Positions 48,771-61,029 of a stretch of 64,000 bases of DNA are shown here, in pieces. The stretch's first letter is position 1. Every line of letters starts with the position of its first letter. Below the pieces are notes generated by a model. That model did not search any database. It was not told the DNA's origin and was given only the letters and a program-made list of their open reading frames with translations. Source of the DNA: Mustelus asterias (taxonomy: Eukaryota); the NCBI RefSeq assembly GCF_964213995.1, contig NC_135816.1:92132001-92196000 (forward strand). Direction: 5' to 3'. A program made the translations under genes and the position numbers.

Positions 48771-50798
48771 GATCCTGCTCCCATGCCCACATGTCTGTCC
48801 TTGGCCTGCTGCAATGTTCCAGTGAAGCTCAACGCAAATTGGAGAAACAGCATCTCATCTTCCAGCTAGGTTCATTACAGCCTTCCCGTCTGAGCATCGA
48901 AGTCAACAGCTTCCGATGATTCGCCCTACCCCACCTCGACCCCTTTGTTTTCATTTTATTTAATTTTTAACTGTTCGCTATCTTTTTTTTATTCTCTTTA
49001 TTTCCCCCCACTCTTTCCCATATGTTATCCCTCCTTTCCTTATCTTTTCTCCCCCTTTGCTTCCCTTTTCCCCCTTTTTTCTCAATTTTACTTCTCTCTC
49101 ACCCAGCTTCTCCATTCCCCCACATCTTCATCTGTCACAGCTTACCCTCTGATTTCAGCTCTGCCATTTGGCCATTCACACTTTCTATTCCCTCTATGGA
49201 TGCCATTAGCAGCCTTTCCCTTTGTTTTTGTGGCTATGACTCATTTTTCATTCCCTCACCCTACAGAATACATGTCTCCCATTTTCTATGCCTTTTACCT
49301 TTGACAAAGGGCTATCTGGAGTCAAACCGTCGGCTCTTTTCTCTCCTTACAGATGCTGCCAGACCTGCTTAAATTTTCCAGCATTTTCTCTTGGTTTCAG
49401 ATCCCAGCATCCGCAGGAATTTGCTTTTATCCAGAGGGAGCGGTGAAGCCAGAGGCTGGACATTGGGTGGATTTGCAAACATTTTGTGGATCTGCAAAGT
49501 TTCAGGATCAGTGTCAGCTCCGTGGTTTGCAGCTGTACGGCTCCTCCATCCTGGGGACAGGCCCAGATTAATGATCACCATCCTGGTTCAGTGAGTGGAA
49601 GATGGTTGATATGAGAGGACGGGGGAGGAGGGACAATAGGTCAGTCTACTTCGGGTGGATTCTGATCTCTAGGCCGGAAGGAAACCCTGGGAGGTGGGTG
49701 GAGAGGATTCAGAAACACCTGCTGGAGGCCCCAAACCCTCAATGAAACCTACAGATCCTGTTTTTGCATCTCCAGAATTTTCTTGCTTTACATGTTACCA
49801 TCTTGGTGAAGCAATATAAATTGGGCGGGGCTTCAGAGTCCCAGTGACCAGGAGGGAAAACAATTGATTAATTGATTATATTCAATCTGCACAAGGAACT
49901 TGAGAACTGTGCCCAACCAGAGTGGAGGAGAGAGACAATTGGGAGTGGAGGAAAAGAATGGCGGAAGTGGTGTGATGGATTTGATATGGTGGCCAACTCC
50001 TGTGGAGAAAATTGATGGACAGTTTGCCATGAGAGTCCAATTGAATGGGTGGGAAGGTATTGGGTTAGGTGCTATCACTGCTGTAAAGGCAATGAGGTGG
50101 GGTAGGGGTGCAGTGCTGTTGGTTGCAGTGCTATTGGAAGACAGAACCAGTGGGGGACGGGGTACTGTGCAACCAGAATCGGCCAGTTTATGGCACAAAT
50201 AGTGTTCTGGAACCATGAAGCCCAGGACTGCTCTCAAATATGGAACAATCCTGTGAAATATTGCACAGCTGGTCAGTCTGGGGTTTGCATTCCAGCACAG
50301 GGAGGAGGGAGAGTGTGTGAAACGAGGATTTCATGTGAAGGCAATGATGAAAACATTTTCCATTGAATCTGGAATTATCTGTTTAGAATTTCTATCCTGT
50401 ATTTACAGTGATGAGTTCTGTGAACTTCTTTTCCAGGATATTCCTGGGTGGATTTACAGACAAGGAGCTCAAACCAAACATCACAGCATGATCTCACAGA
50501 GACCCTCAGTTCACTAGGACCTGAATATCATCAGATTTGCAATGTGAAAAGAGAAATATTTGTCTTTTCTGTCTGTGGGAGAACTTTTCAAAGATCAGCA
50601 TAACTGGAAAAGCACCGAATCACACACATGCCCGAGTGATAGTGTTCCATTGGCTGACTATGGAAAGAGCTTTAACCAGTTGAAGAGGCTGAAAAACATC
50701 TCACACCATTTACAGGGAGGAGAAACTGTTCATGTGTTCCATGTGTGGGCAACGTTTCAACTGATTGACCAAGCAGGAGACTCAAAGGCACTGACGCA

Positions 50799-51389
50799 AT
50801 GGAGAAACCGTGGAAATGTGAAGACTGTGGTAAAGGATTCAATTATCCATCCCGGTTGGAAATCCATCGACGCGTTCACACCGGGGAGAGACCATTCTCC
50901 TGCTCGGAGTGTGGGAAGGGATTCGCTCAGTCATCTAGTCTTCGCTCACACCAGCGAGTTCACATTGAGAAGAAGCCATTCAGCTGCACAACCTGTGGAC
51001 TGAAGTTCAAATCTTCATCCATCCTCACTGAACACCAGCGAATTCACACAGCATCGAGACTATTCACTTGCTTTGTGTGTGGGCAGAGATTCGGTGAAGT
51101 ACTCGACCTCCAGTCACACCATCAAACACACACCAAGGAGAAGCCATTCAGCTGCACTTCCTGTGGAAAGAGTTTCAGGCAGTCGAGCGACATTTACGAA
51201 CACCAACGCACTCACACTGGGGAGAAACCATTCACCTGCTCCGTATGTGGGAAGGGATTTGCTTGGTCATCCCAACTACTGACACATCAGCGAGTTCACA
51301 CCGGAGACAGACCTTTCACCTGTTCCTTGTGTGGGGCAGGATTCACTCAGTCACATCACCTACTGAGGCACGAGCAAATTCACAAGTGA
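50799..51389 (+). CDS. Tandem C2H2 zinc-finger protein (7 fingers), no effector domain
   Basis: Intact ORF from MEKPWKC (gcaATGG); acceptor ttttccag| at 50436 followed by a fossil-finger leader. Confidence 0.85.
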   Translation: MEKPWKCEDCGKGFNYPSRLEIHRRVHTGERPFSCSECGKGFAQSSSLRSHQRVHIEKKPFSCTTCGLKFKSSSILTEHQRIHTASRLFTCFVCGQRFGEVLDLQSHHQTHTKEKPFSCTSCGKSFRQSSDIYEHQRTHTGEKPFTCSVCGKGFAWSSQLLTHQRVHTGDRPFTCSLCGAGFTQSHHLLRHEQIHK

Positions 51390-52009
51390 GAGCAGAGATT
51401 GGAGTTTGCTGTTTTTGCTGCTGTTAATCACATTCAGGACTGATAGTCTGACAATATTGCGTTTGTTTCTGCAGATGTTCACAATCCCATAACTGGCAGC
51501 AGATGTCATTGACTTTCAGCCTGCAATGTCCCCATCATCTGTGATCTTTCCCCTGAATACAACTCTCTCAAGGAACTTCACAATAAAACTGTGAACTTTT
51601 ACTCCAATCCTAAATTGGTCTTTGATGCAAAAAGTACCGTTCAGTTTCTGAGAGATTCAACTGATTAACATCTCCCATTAGAAAGTGCTGATTAATCCTT
51701 GCTGACAATTATTTCTGACTCCCACTTTCTTCACAGTGACACCTCCATTGTGTGATTAACTTATGAAGGAAGAAGAAACAAAATTATAAAATATTTTACA
51801 AGAGCATCAATAAAAACTTCTTCAATCAACATTGATATTGACGAAGTTTGGAAGTTACTGAGTTGAATCATTCTGGCACAGCGGGAGCAACATTTGGTAA
51901 AGGTGGAACTTGCAACAAAAACTGGTTTGAGAATTGTGCAGCAGAGATGATATCTGTCACTGAAGCAAAAGCAAATCCTATCTGATACGCAACATAAACC
52001 CAACAGCCG

Positions 52010-53150
52010 GGTTCTGTGTGTAGTGTTGGTTGCCATGTTGTAGAAAGCACATAGAAACGCTGGACAGGGTGCAGAGAAAAATGAACAAGAATGATCATGG
52101 AAATGCCAGAGGAAAAGATGAACAAACTGGATCATTTTCCCTTGAAGAAAGCCATCTGAGGGTTTACCTGAGAGGTCTTTAAATTGCTATAAGGTTTTGA
52201 CAGCGAATACAGAAGATATTTATTATTGGTCGGAATTGATTAAGATTAACAGTGAAATTGCTTTAAAATAAAAAGTGAGATGGGATTGAGAAGAACAACT
52301 GTCTGAAGTGATTTTGATGTGTGAATTAGTATACCAGTGAGAAAAGCATGTTTTTATCTATGTGACTAAGGGAGAAAAATTGAGTACAGAAGAGGTTAAC
52401 TTCAACATGGAGATTTAAGGAAAGTACACTTGTATACTAAAAGCAAGGTCCATGGGGGGCTAATATCAAAGTGAATAAATGATTTATTCACAGCATTATT
52501 AACTGGAGAGAAAGGCAGTATCAAGGCCTCACCCAGCTGCAGAAAAGTCTTCCAAAAACAAGTTACTGTTGCAAGGCGGCTGGTTAGAATCCAAAACTCA
52601 AACAGAGAAGATTACATCTTTGCTGAAACTGTAGATGGTTTTCCCAAATGTTGAAAACGTAGTGTGGTAACTATCTGTTGAGTTTAGCTAAAAGAGTTGT
52701 ATATTATCGGATGTTGTTTGGGTAATGGGGGATCTCAAAAGTTCAGGAAATGTACATACGTGGGACCAAAGGGGTAACTTCATGTGATGCTGAATGTGTG
52801 TATTTGTATAGCCATCAGTGTAGTTAAGTGTAAGGTTGTGTATTATACTCCTTTTTGTCCTGTGTTTATTTTTCCCTTTTAAGCTAATAAATATTCTTTA
52901 TTAATTGATCACAAATGACTGGACCATTACTCCCTGGGATGCACGTCATTTCTCACTATATACCAAATTAAATTACATTTTGGGATAGCCTCACATTTAA
53001 CATCAGCAATGTGGGGAAGTCCATTATTGGAAAAAAAAACTTATTTGCCCAGAAAATGGTGAAAATGTGGAACTCACTACCACAGGGAGTAGGTGAAATG
53101 AATAATATCAATGTACTGATGAGGGAGAGGGCATCTCTGTGCTGTATTTC
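52010..53150 (+). mobile_element. Old CR1 3' remnants split by an LTR-like AT-rich repeat (about 52240-52990)
   Basis: L.RVQRK..RMI and F.QKMVKMWNSLPQGV remnants. Confidence 0.55.
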
Positions 53151-53446
53151 CTGTGTAATCCTATGTAAGGCTTCAACTGATTGTCCAACCAGGAGAGATA
53201 CAAGGACACCCACAACTGGGAGAAACCATGGAAATGTGGGGACTGTGGGAAGGAATTCAGTTCTCCATCTCAGCCTGAAACTCAGTGGTGCCATCAAACT
53301 GAGGAAAATACACTCACATGCAGTGTTATGGGAAGAGATTCAGCGAATCATCCAACTTCCAGAAACACCAGAGCATTCACAGCGAGGGGAAACCATAACA
53401 CTTACTCCGTTTGTGTAAAGATTCACTCAGTCACCCAGGTACAGTC

Positions 53447-54466
53447 TGTAAGAATTATGTTCTTTCTCTCTGTGTTAATATAATCGAGGAATTATGTTAT
53501 TTCTTTGTGTATTAATGTAACCGAGAGGAGTTGTGTTCTTTACGTGTTAATGTAGGCTGTAGGAATTGTGTGTTCTTTCTTTGCTTGTGTTAGTTTATAA
53601 GGTTGGATCTGTGGGAGTGATGCTGTATTTTGACCTGGTTTGTACTAGTTTTGAGCTGTCAGATTGTGGAAGTGCAGAAATTATCTGTAATCACGGAGGA
53701 ATGTGCAAGCTCGCATGAACAGGTGAATGCTGTTCACATGAACAAAGCTATGATTGAACAGTAATATAATCTTACAGTGCAGAAGGAGGCCATTCAGCCC
53801 ATCGAAGCTGCACCGACCACAATCCCACCAAGGTTCTATTCCCAAACCCCATGCATTTATCCTAACTAGTCCCCCTGACACTAAGGGGCAATTTAGCATT
53901 GCCAATCCACCTAACCAGCATATCCTTGGACTGCAGGAGGAAACCGAAGCACCCGGAGGAAACCCATGCAGACACAGGGAGAATGTGCAAACTCCACACA
54001 GACAATGATCCAAGCTGGGAATCAAACCCGGGTCCCTGGCACTCTGAGGCAGCAGTGCTAGCCACCGTGCCACCCCTCTCTAGTGAAATGAAAGACTATT
54101 CCAATTGGTCGCTTCAGTGGAGCTAGTGGGGGGATGTTTCCGGCATAAGAACAGATCTTACAAGGGGAACAAAGCAAAGAAGACAGAAAATTTAAGAAAG
54201 AAGTAAGAAAGCTGGAAACTACACAAGAAAACCAGAAGCTATGAGTAAAGAAGTGCAATCTGCTGGCCAGATAGGATGTGGGATGTGTATAGTTCACGTT
54301 GTGCTGTAAATCTCAGCCTTTACCTTTAATCTATAAGTTTGTCCTGCCTTTCTCTCAATGAAGCTGCTCAGTATCTGAACTTTATTGTCACGTCCATTCC
54401 TGTTGTAAGTAAGGGCTTCAATCCCTAACTCGGGGGTTCATACCAGGCAGATGTTTCTCATCTTAT
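53447..54466 (+). repeat. Possible solo LTR with about 38-bp imperfect tandem repeats (53447-53590)
   Basis: Starts tgtaag; repeats of aggaattatgtt...gtgttaatgtaa; hosts an HE1. Confidence 0.4.
53765..54074 (-). mobile_element. HE1 SINE
   Basis: HE1 head, core and tail on the minus strand. Confidence 0.9.
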
Positions 54467-55085
54467 AGAGTCATAGAGGTTTACAGCATGGAAACAGGCC
54501 CTTCGACCCAACTTGTCCATGCCACCCTTTTTTTTTAAAACCCCTAAGCAAATCCCAATTGCCTGCATTTGGCCCATATCCCTCTATACCCATCGTACGC
54601 ATGTAACTATCTAAATGCTTTTTAAAAGATAAAATTGTACCCGCCTCTACTACCTCTGGCAGCTTGTTCCAGATACTCACCACCCTCTGTGTGAAAAAAT
54701 TGCCCTCTGGACACTTTTGTATCTCTCCCCTCTCATCTTAAACCTATGTCCTCTAGCTTTAGACTCCCCTACCTTTGGGAAAAGATATTGGCTATCTACC
54801 TTGTCTATGCCCCTCATTATTTTATAGACCTCTATAAGGCCACCCCTCAGCCTCCTACGCTCCAGATTAAAAAGTCCCAGTCTCTTCAGCCTCTCCATAT
54901 AACTCAATCCATCAAGTCTCGGTAGAATCCGAATAAATCTTTTCTGCACTCTTTCTAATTTAATAATATCCTTTCTATAATCGGGTGACTAGAATTGCAC
55001 ACAGTATTCCAAGTGTGGCCTTACCAATGTCTTGTCCAACTTTAACAAGACGTCCCAACACCTGTATTCAATGTTCTGACTGATG
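54465..55085 (-). mobile_element. CR1/HER1 3' fragment (same subfamily as 1939-4008)
   Basis: LVRPHLEYCVQF and QYLFPKVGESK motifs; ccatgctgtaaacctctatgactcta tail. Confidence 0.92.
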
Positions 55086-55159
55086 ATCTTATGTGGGAAA
55101 TGATTCACTTTTGCATCCAGCCTCACTGACCGTCAAGTTGTTCAATCTGTTCAGACTCT

Positions 55160-55823
55160 TGTGATAGAGTACCTTTAAGAAAGATGTTTCTTTTAAACAT
55201 GATTTCTGCAGCTCCCACAATTTCAGTGATATCATTGTTGTTGGGCTGACTGAGATGAGTCATTTTATTGCTACTTAAGTGGCTTAAATAGTGTTGTTTG
55301 TGTTTATTCTGGGATTAGTTTTCCGATCCTGAATTGTTAGGAGGATGGTCATGTGTTTTTGGAGAGGTTTTTTTTCCCAGTGAGTTTAAGGCTTCATTTA
55401 CAGTTCTGAGCTGCAGGTTTGAGTTTCAGTTTAAGAAGCAACATCAAGCTAAAAATAAGTGTTTTCCCTCTCTCCCTGTTGTTTTGAAAATTCTGTTGGT
55501 TAGCTGAGATCAAGATCTTGTTTTCCTGAAAGTTGAAAATCTGCTGTTGCTGGTGTTTCGGGAAGCTTCAAACTGTTCGGAGTGAATCCAGAGAACTGCA
55601 GACTTCAACCAAAGGACTCAATTTCCAATATCACGTGAGTATTAGTCTGTGCTGTGTTTAACCTGTGAAAAGCGTCTTTTGCCTGTGGGATTGGTTTGAT
55701 TGGAACATTGTAGATATCTTTGTTAAGGGGTATACATTAACTTGATTGTTTGTAATTGATAAAAGTACTTACTAATTTTTTACTATACATGTTAACTGTA
55801 TTCTTAAATAAACTTGGTTTGTT
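55160..55823 (+). repeat. LTR-like repeat
   Basis: Begins tgtgatagagtacctttaag, aataaa at about 55807, AT-rich. Confidence 0.4.
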
Positions 55824-55925
55824 CAAACCAAAAGAGAAAATGCGGAAAATCTCAACAGGTATGGCAGCATCTGTAGGGAGAGAAAAGAGTTGATGTTTCG
55901 AGTCCAGATGACCCTTTGTCAAAGC
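55824..55925 (-). mobile_element. PLE family-2 pLTR fragment with a U3-A8 hammerhead motif
   Basis: Minus strand gct-TTGACAA-a-gggtc(atctg)gactc-GAAA-catc. Confidence 0.8.
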
Positions 55926-55944
55926 GCCTGACAGCTTTAACATA

Positions 55945-56290
55945 GTGAAAAGTATTGTTTCTTGCACGCTAGACAGACAAAGCATACCATTCATAGAGAA
56001 GGAAACAAGAGAGTGCAGAATATAGTGTTACAGTCATAAGTAAGGTGTAGAGAAAGATCAACTTAATGCAAGGTAAGTCCATTTAGAAGTCTGACAGCAG
56101 CAGGGAAGAAGCTGCTCTTGAGTCGGTTGGTACGTGACCTTAGACGTTTGTATCTTTTTCCCGAAGGAAGAAGGTAGAAGAGAGAATGTCGGGGGTGTGT
56201 GGGGTCCTTAATTATGCTGGCTGCTTTGCCGAGGCAGCGGGAAGTGTAGACAGAGTCAATGGATGAGAAGCTGGTTTGCGTGATGGTTTT
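55945..56290 (-). mobile_element. Rex1/Babar LINE 3' end
   Basis: RCLGKAASIIKDPTHP.HSLF.LLPSGKRY...SRTNRLKSSFFPAAVRLLN. Confidence 0.88.
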
Positions 56291-56569
56291 TGCGTATTGG
56301 TTGCAGAAGCAGACTTGCAATAAAACACAGTGCTGAGGCACAGGGTCCCCACCAATGGCTAGTTTGTGGGAATTTAAACCAATTTTTTCAGTGGCAACAT
56401 TCAGGATAGAGGCAATGCAGAGAGAACTGACCTGTGTGACTGGGGCCTTTTCCTCACACTGGGCACCTGTGTAGAGTCTGAGTGCTGTCAGCTTCTTACA
56501 GTCTGATCCCTTGGTCCAGGTAAACCCTTCAGACCACATCACTGAATAAACTGAAGCTGATTATTTTCG

Positions 56570-56690
56570 AAGGGCTGTTTGTGGAAACATGTTGCGTAAA
56601 TTGCCTGCAGCGTTTCAAATACAGCAATGGCTGTGTTTGTAAAAATGGCTCAGAAGTAAAGCTATTCCTGGGCATAGGTATATATGAGTT
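56570..56690 (+). mobile_element. Degenerate Deu-domain-like SINE remnant
   Basis: gctgtttgtgg...gcgtaaattgcctgcagcgtttc resembles the DeuSINE core from memory. Confidence 0.35.
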
Positions 56691-57087
56691 GATTAAATAA
56701 GGCACTCATTTTGCATGTTAATGAGGTTAATTATTTCCTGGAAATAGATCTCACTCTCTCCCTCTCTGACAGTTTCCCCCATGCTGATTTCCCTCTTCTT
56801 ATGCTCTCTCTGTGTCTCCCATTATCGAATGTACCAATCATCTAACTCAGTCCGTTTTAACCAATTGATTTACTATTGACTTCAGTCTTAATCTGAATTA
56901 AACTCTTTCCTCAGATTAATTTGCTGGGAGTTATCAGCAAATATTCCCCAGCAGTCAGGCAGGAGATTCCATTTGTTTTAATCCGGTGCAGAATCAATTG
57001 GTGTTGGATGCGAGAGAAATTATTTTGATTTGTTTCATGCACTCCACAAATTTAGTGATAAGAAGGGAAGCATGTTGGCTGGTCCAA

Positions 57088-58420
57088 TAGGAACATGGAA
57101 ATTAGGAGCCAAAGTAGGCAATTCAGCCCTTCGAGCCTGCTCCACCATTCAATCAGATCATGGCTGATCTCTTCCAGGTCTGAAATCCACCTCCTTACCT
57201 GCTCCCCATAATCCCTTTAACCATTTTCTTTTTTACCTGAAATATATCTATCGCCTTCTTGAAAACACTTAATGATTCAGACTCCACCATGCTATGGGGC
57301 AGCTCTCTGCGAGAAGCACTTCCTCCTGATTTCAGTCTTAAATCTGTCACCTCTTGACATATACCTGTCACCTCTTGTTCTAGATTGTCCCACAAGGGGA
57401 AGTAGTTGATCTACATTCACGTTCCAATTCCTTTTAGTATTTTATATACCTCGATCAGATCCTCTCTCATCCCTCTAAACTCCAGTGAATATAAGGCCAA
57501 ACTGCTAATCTCTTCTCATATGCCAATCCTTTCATCCATGAAATTAATCTGGTGTACCTTGTCTGAACTGCCTCCAATACCAGCACATCCTCAAATAGGA
57601 GACCAAAACTGGACACAATACTGCTGATCTGGCCCCACCAACACCCTCTACAATTGCAACAACACTTCTCTACGTTTATACTCGTCCTTTTGCAATATAT
57701 GCTAACATTCAGACGGCACAGTAGCACAGTGGTTAGCACTGCTGCTTCATAGCTCCAGGGACCTGGGTTCGATTCCCAGCTTGGGTCACTGTCTGTGTGG
57801 AGTTTGCACATTCTCCTCGTGTCTGCGTGGGTTTCCTCCGGGTGCTCCAGTTTCCTCCCACAGTCCAAAGATGTGCGGGTTAGGTTGATTGGCCATGCTA
57901 AAATTGCCCCTTAGTGTCCTGAGATGTGTAGGTTCGAGGGATTAGTGGGTAAATATGTAGAGATATGGGGGTAGGGCCTGGGTGGGATTGTGGTCGGTGC
58001 AAACTCAATGGGCCGAATGGCCTCTTTCTGCACTGTAGGGTATCTATGATCGATGATTCTATTTGTCTTTTTTTAATTACATGGTGCACCTGCATACCAA
58101 CTTTCTGTGGTTTGTGAACAAAGACACCATGATCCCTTTGCCCAGATGAATCTTGAATCTGCTTTCCATTGAGATAGTAATTTGCCTTTCAATTTTTTTT
58201 CAGTCAAAATGGATAACCTCACACTTATCCACATTAAACTCCATCTGCCAGATTGTGGTCCATTCTTCTCGCCTATTAATATCTGTATATAAAATATTTA
58301 TCTCCTCTTCACTGCCTGTCTTCTGACCTATTTTAGTATCATCCACAAATTTTGCTATGTTATACTCTGTCTCTGCTTGCAGATCATTTATATTGATTGT
58401 AAACAGTTGAGGTCCTAGGA
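57088..58420 (-). mobile_element. CR1 LINE, 5'-truncated, interrupted by HE1
   Basis: VLGPQLFTININDL, KFVDDTKIG and WQMEFNVDKCEVIHF motifs. Confidence 0.88.
57713..58060 (+). mobile_element. HE1 SINE
   Basis: Full HE1 sequence. Confidence 0.93.
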
Positions 58421-58479
58421 CAGGTGCCGGTTCGAAGGGCTGAATGGCCTTCTCCTGCATCTATTTTCTATGTTTCTGT

Positions 58480-60320
58480 GTGACACCCTTTGGAGCACCG
58501 GATACGGGTGATTAAAGATGCTCTGACTCCCACATCAACTCAAGAGTTACGGTCGTTTCTAGGGCTGCTGGTGTATCACAGAAAATTAAATTGAACCAGG
58601 CCTCCAACTTGGTTTCACTACATCAACTGCTAAAAAAGGGTCAAGCTTGGGAATAGCCCACCCATCAAGATCTGGTATTTAACAGAGTAAAGCAACAGCT
58701 ATCATTGTTGAATGTCTAAGTACATTGATTAGCACACATAGATGGCCAAATGGAGAGGAACGCCCAATTGCATATGCCTCTAGGACCTTGGCTATAGTGG
58801 CAAGAAAGTATGCCCAAATTGAAAAAGAAAGGTTGGCAGTAATATTTGGAGTGAAAAAATTCCATCAATACCTTTATGGGCCAAAATTTCTGATTGGCAC
58901 CGAACACAAGCCGCTACTGGGGCTGCTAAGACAGGACAAAGCAATGCCACTGATAGTCGTGACCCAATTCCAGCGGTGGACGATATTATTGGCCGCCGAT
59001 AGCTGTCAGTTTGAACGTCGGTTGGGAGGCTACATTGCAGATGCTTATGCCCTGAGTAGGCTGCCTTTATCAGACATCCCACCAATGGTATCACAAGTAG
59101 AAGAGATGGTAATGGCCATAAATTTTCTGCATACTCTTCCAGTGGCTACGCATAACATACATTTGTGGGTGCAAAAGCACTCGGTCCTCAGAAAAGTCAA
59201 ACAATTAGTGCTGACGAGAGAATTGGAAAGGCCAGTACTGCCCCAATTCCTCCCATATTGCAGTAGGAGAGCAGCTCACAGTAAAATATGGCGTATTGCT
59301 ATCAGGGGTTGTTCTGAGTCAGGGCTGCCATTCCACACTGCCTGAACTAAAGCATGGACACCAAAATGAAGATGTTGGCAAGAAGAAATGTTTGGTGGCC
59401 CAGAATAGACACGGACATAGTGGCGCTTGTAGATCGATGCCAGCAATAACTAAAGTTGCCACCAGCAGTCTCCTACACCCATGGGAATGGCCTGATGGAC
59501 CATGGACTCAGTTACATGTGGATATCTATCCATCCCAAGTGGATGGACATTCATGGGATGCTTTAGGTAACCACAACAATAATGATAGAGAAAAATTGCA
59601 CCTCCTTTTTGATGCAGGGGATTCTGGACTTGCTGCTCTCTGACAATGGGATGTCTTTTGCCAGGTTCATGAAGTTGAACGGGATATGAGATATCAGTAT
59701 AGCACCATACCATCCATTGTCACGGAGAGAGCAGTCCAGACTTTAAAAGTTTCTTTAAAAAAAGCAACCGGCAGCCTCAAAGGACACCAAGCTCTCTCAT
59801 TAGTTATCTGATTACAGGACAAGTCCTACATGCCACGACAGGAATGATGCCCACAGAATTGCACAAGGCCAGCCGACTCCACAAGAGATTGAGTGTGATC
59901 TTCCCGAATCTGGGGGCAAAGGTGGAAAAGCATCAATAAGCCCAATACAGAGGTCATGACAACAACAGCTGGGAGAGATAATTGGAGACCAGTGAAAAGG
60001 CACTGGTAAAGAATTATGCCAAGGGACCCGGAGGAGCCTACCATGCCCAGTGGGCCGAGAACTGAGGAGAGCCCTCCCAGACTGGCCAGCCCTGCCTCTC
60101 CATCGTAAGTAGTTAGGACCTCAGAGTCCGAACTGGACGCTGCAGACGAAACTGCGGCTATTCCATTGCCTTCTGAGAAATTGAGTGAAGCGGAACTCTG
60201 GTGCTCTCGTTATAAGTGATGAGTGCCTGTTTGATACACCACACCCATGTCTAGACACTGAGTTGGAGGAAACAGTTCCGACGTTAGAAAAAGGTTCAGG
60301 AGGTGGGCCTCCTTGGTGAA
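58480..60320 (+). mobile_element. Decayed Gypsy pol (RNase H and integrase)
   Basis: ERPIAYASRTL....KYAQIEKE.LAVIFGVKKFHQYLYG, HKPLLGLL, ADALSRLP-like and LHPWEWP..PW..LHVD. Confidence 0.88.
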
Positions 60321-60841
60321 CTGTGATATCAAGGCCTGTACCTGGTCCAGATGTTTTTTGCTAGAGGGCCTCACCCACGTGTATTTTGTAGGATACTGGC
60401 CCCATCTTAGAGTCAACTGTTCCTAGTGGCCATGCGGGCCCTTTGGCATAATTCTTTACCAGTACCTTTTCACCGGTCTCCAATTACCTCTCCCAGCTGT
60501 TGTTGTCATGACGTCTGCATTAGGCTTCTTGCTGCTTTTCCACCTTCACCTCCAGATTCAGGAAGGTCAAACTCAATCTAGTGTGGAGTCGGCTGCCATG
60601 AGCAATTCTGTGGGCATCATTCCTGTAGTGGCATGTGGGAGTTGTCCTGTAATCAGATAGCTTGGTGTCCATTGAGGCTGCCGGCTGATTTTTTTTAAAA
60701 GTCTGGACCGCTCTCTCCGTGACAATGGATGGTATGGTGCTATACTGATATCTCATATCCCGTTCAACTTCATGAACCTGGCAAAATACATCCCATTGTC
60801 AGAGACCAGCAAGTCCGGGATCCCATGTATCAAAAAGGGAG
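60320..60841 (-). repeat. Inverted copy of the Gypsy integrase segment 59601-60030, plus an extension
   Basis: Reverse complement aligns at roughly 90% identity. Confidence 0.9.
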
Positions 60842-61029
60842 TATGGGAGGATGAGTTCCTTGATTGAGGTACTGATTGCCCAATCAAGGGTATATATTTA
60901 ATGTGTATATATGTGGATTGTCAGGTTTACTGGCACTCCGGATTCTGATTCTGTACCTGAAGCAATCTTAGGAGATAAGTTTGTAAATGAAGAGAATCTG
61001 GTGAAGGGACAGCAGCCTCTGAGGAATTA

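Larger units (their letters stand above)
46646..49430 (+). mobile_element. PLE family-2 element (C-terminal and GIY-YIG region plus pLTR), interrupted by HE1 and CR1
   Basis: SSFFNRAFPPTVVDRA, TFPCNRRRCNT, FTCTSFNLVYCIRCSRCGLLYIAETKRRLGD and EAQRKLEKQHLIFQLGSLQP; 3' end cagcatccgcaggaatttgctttta. Confidence 0.9.
53175..55160 (+). pseudogene. ZNF pseudogene (53175-53440 and 55085-55160) interrupted by LTR-like, SINE and CR1 insertions
   Basis: WEKPWKCGDCGKEFSSPSQPET followed by frameshifted fingers. Confidence 0.75.

Noticed and set aside
48945-49372. Hydrophobic Phe/Leu/Ser-rich ORFs suggesting membrane proteins
   Set aside because: Translation of the pyrimidine-rich 3' UTR of the Penelope element
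418-57868. Recurrent short ORFs such as MVSTAASQ...GSLSVWSLHILP and MDCGRKPEHPEETH
   Set aside because: They are translations of HE1 SINE copies, not a protein family
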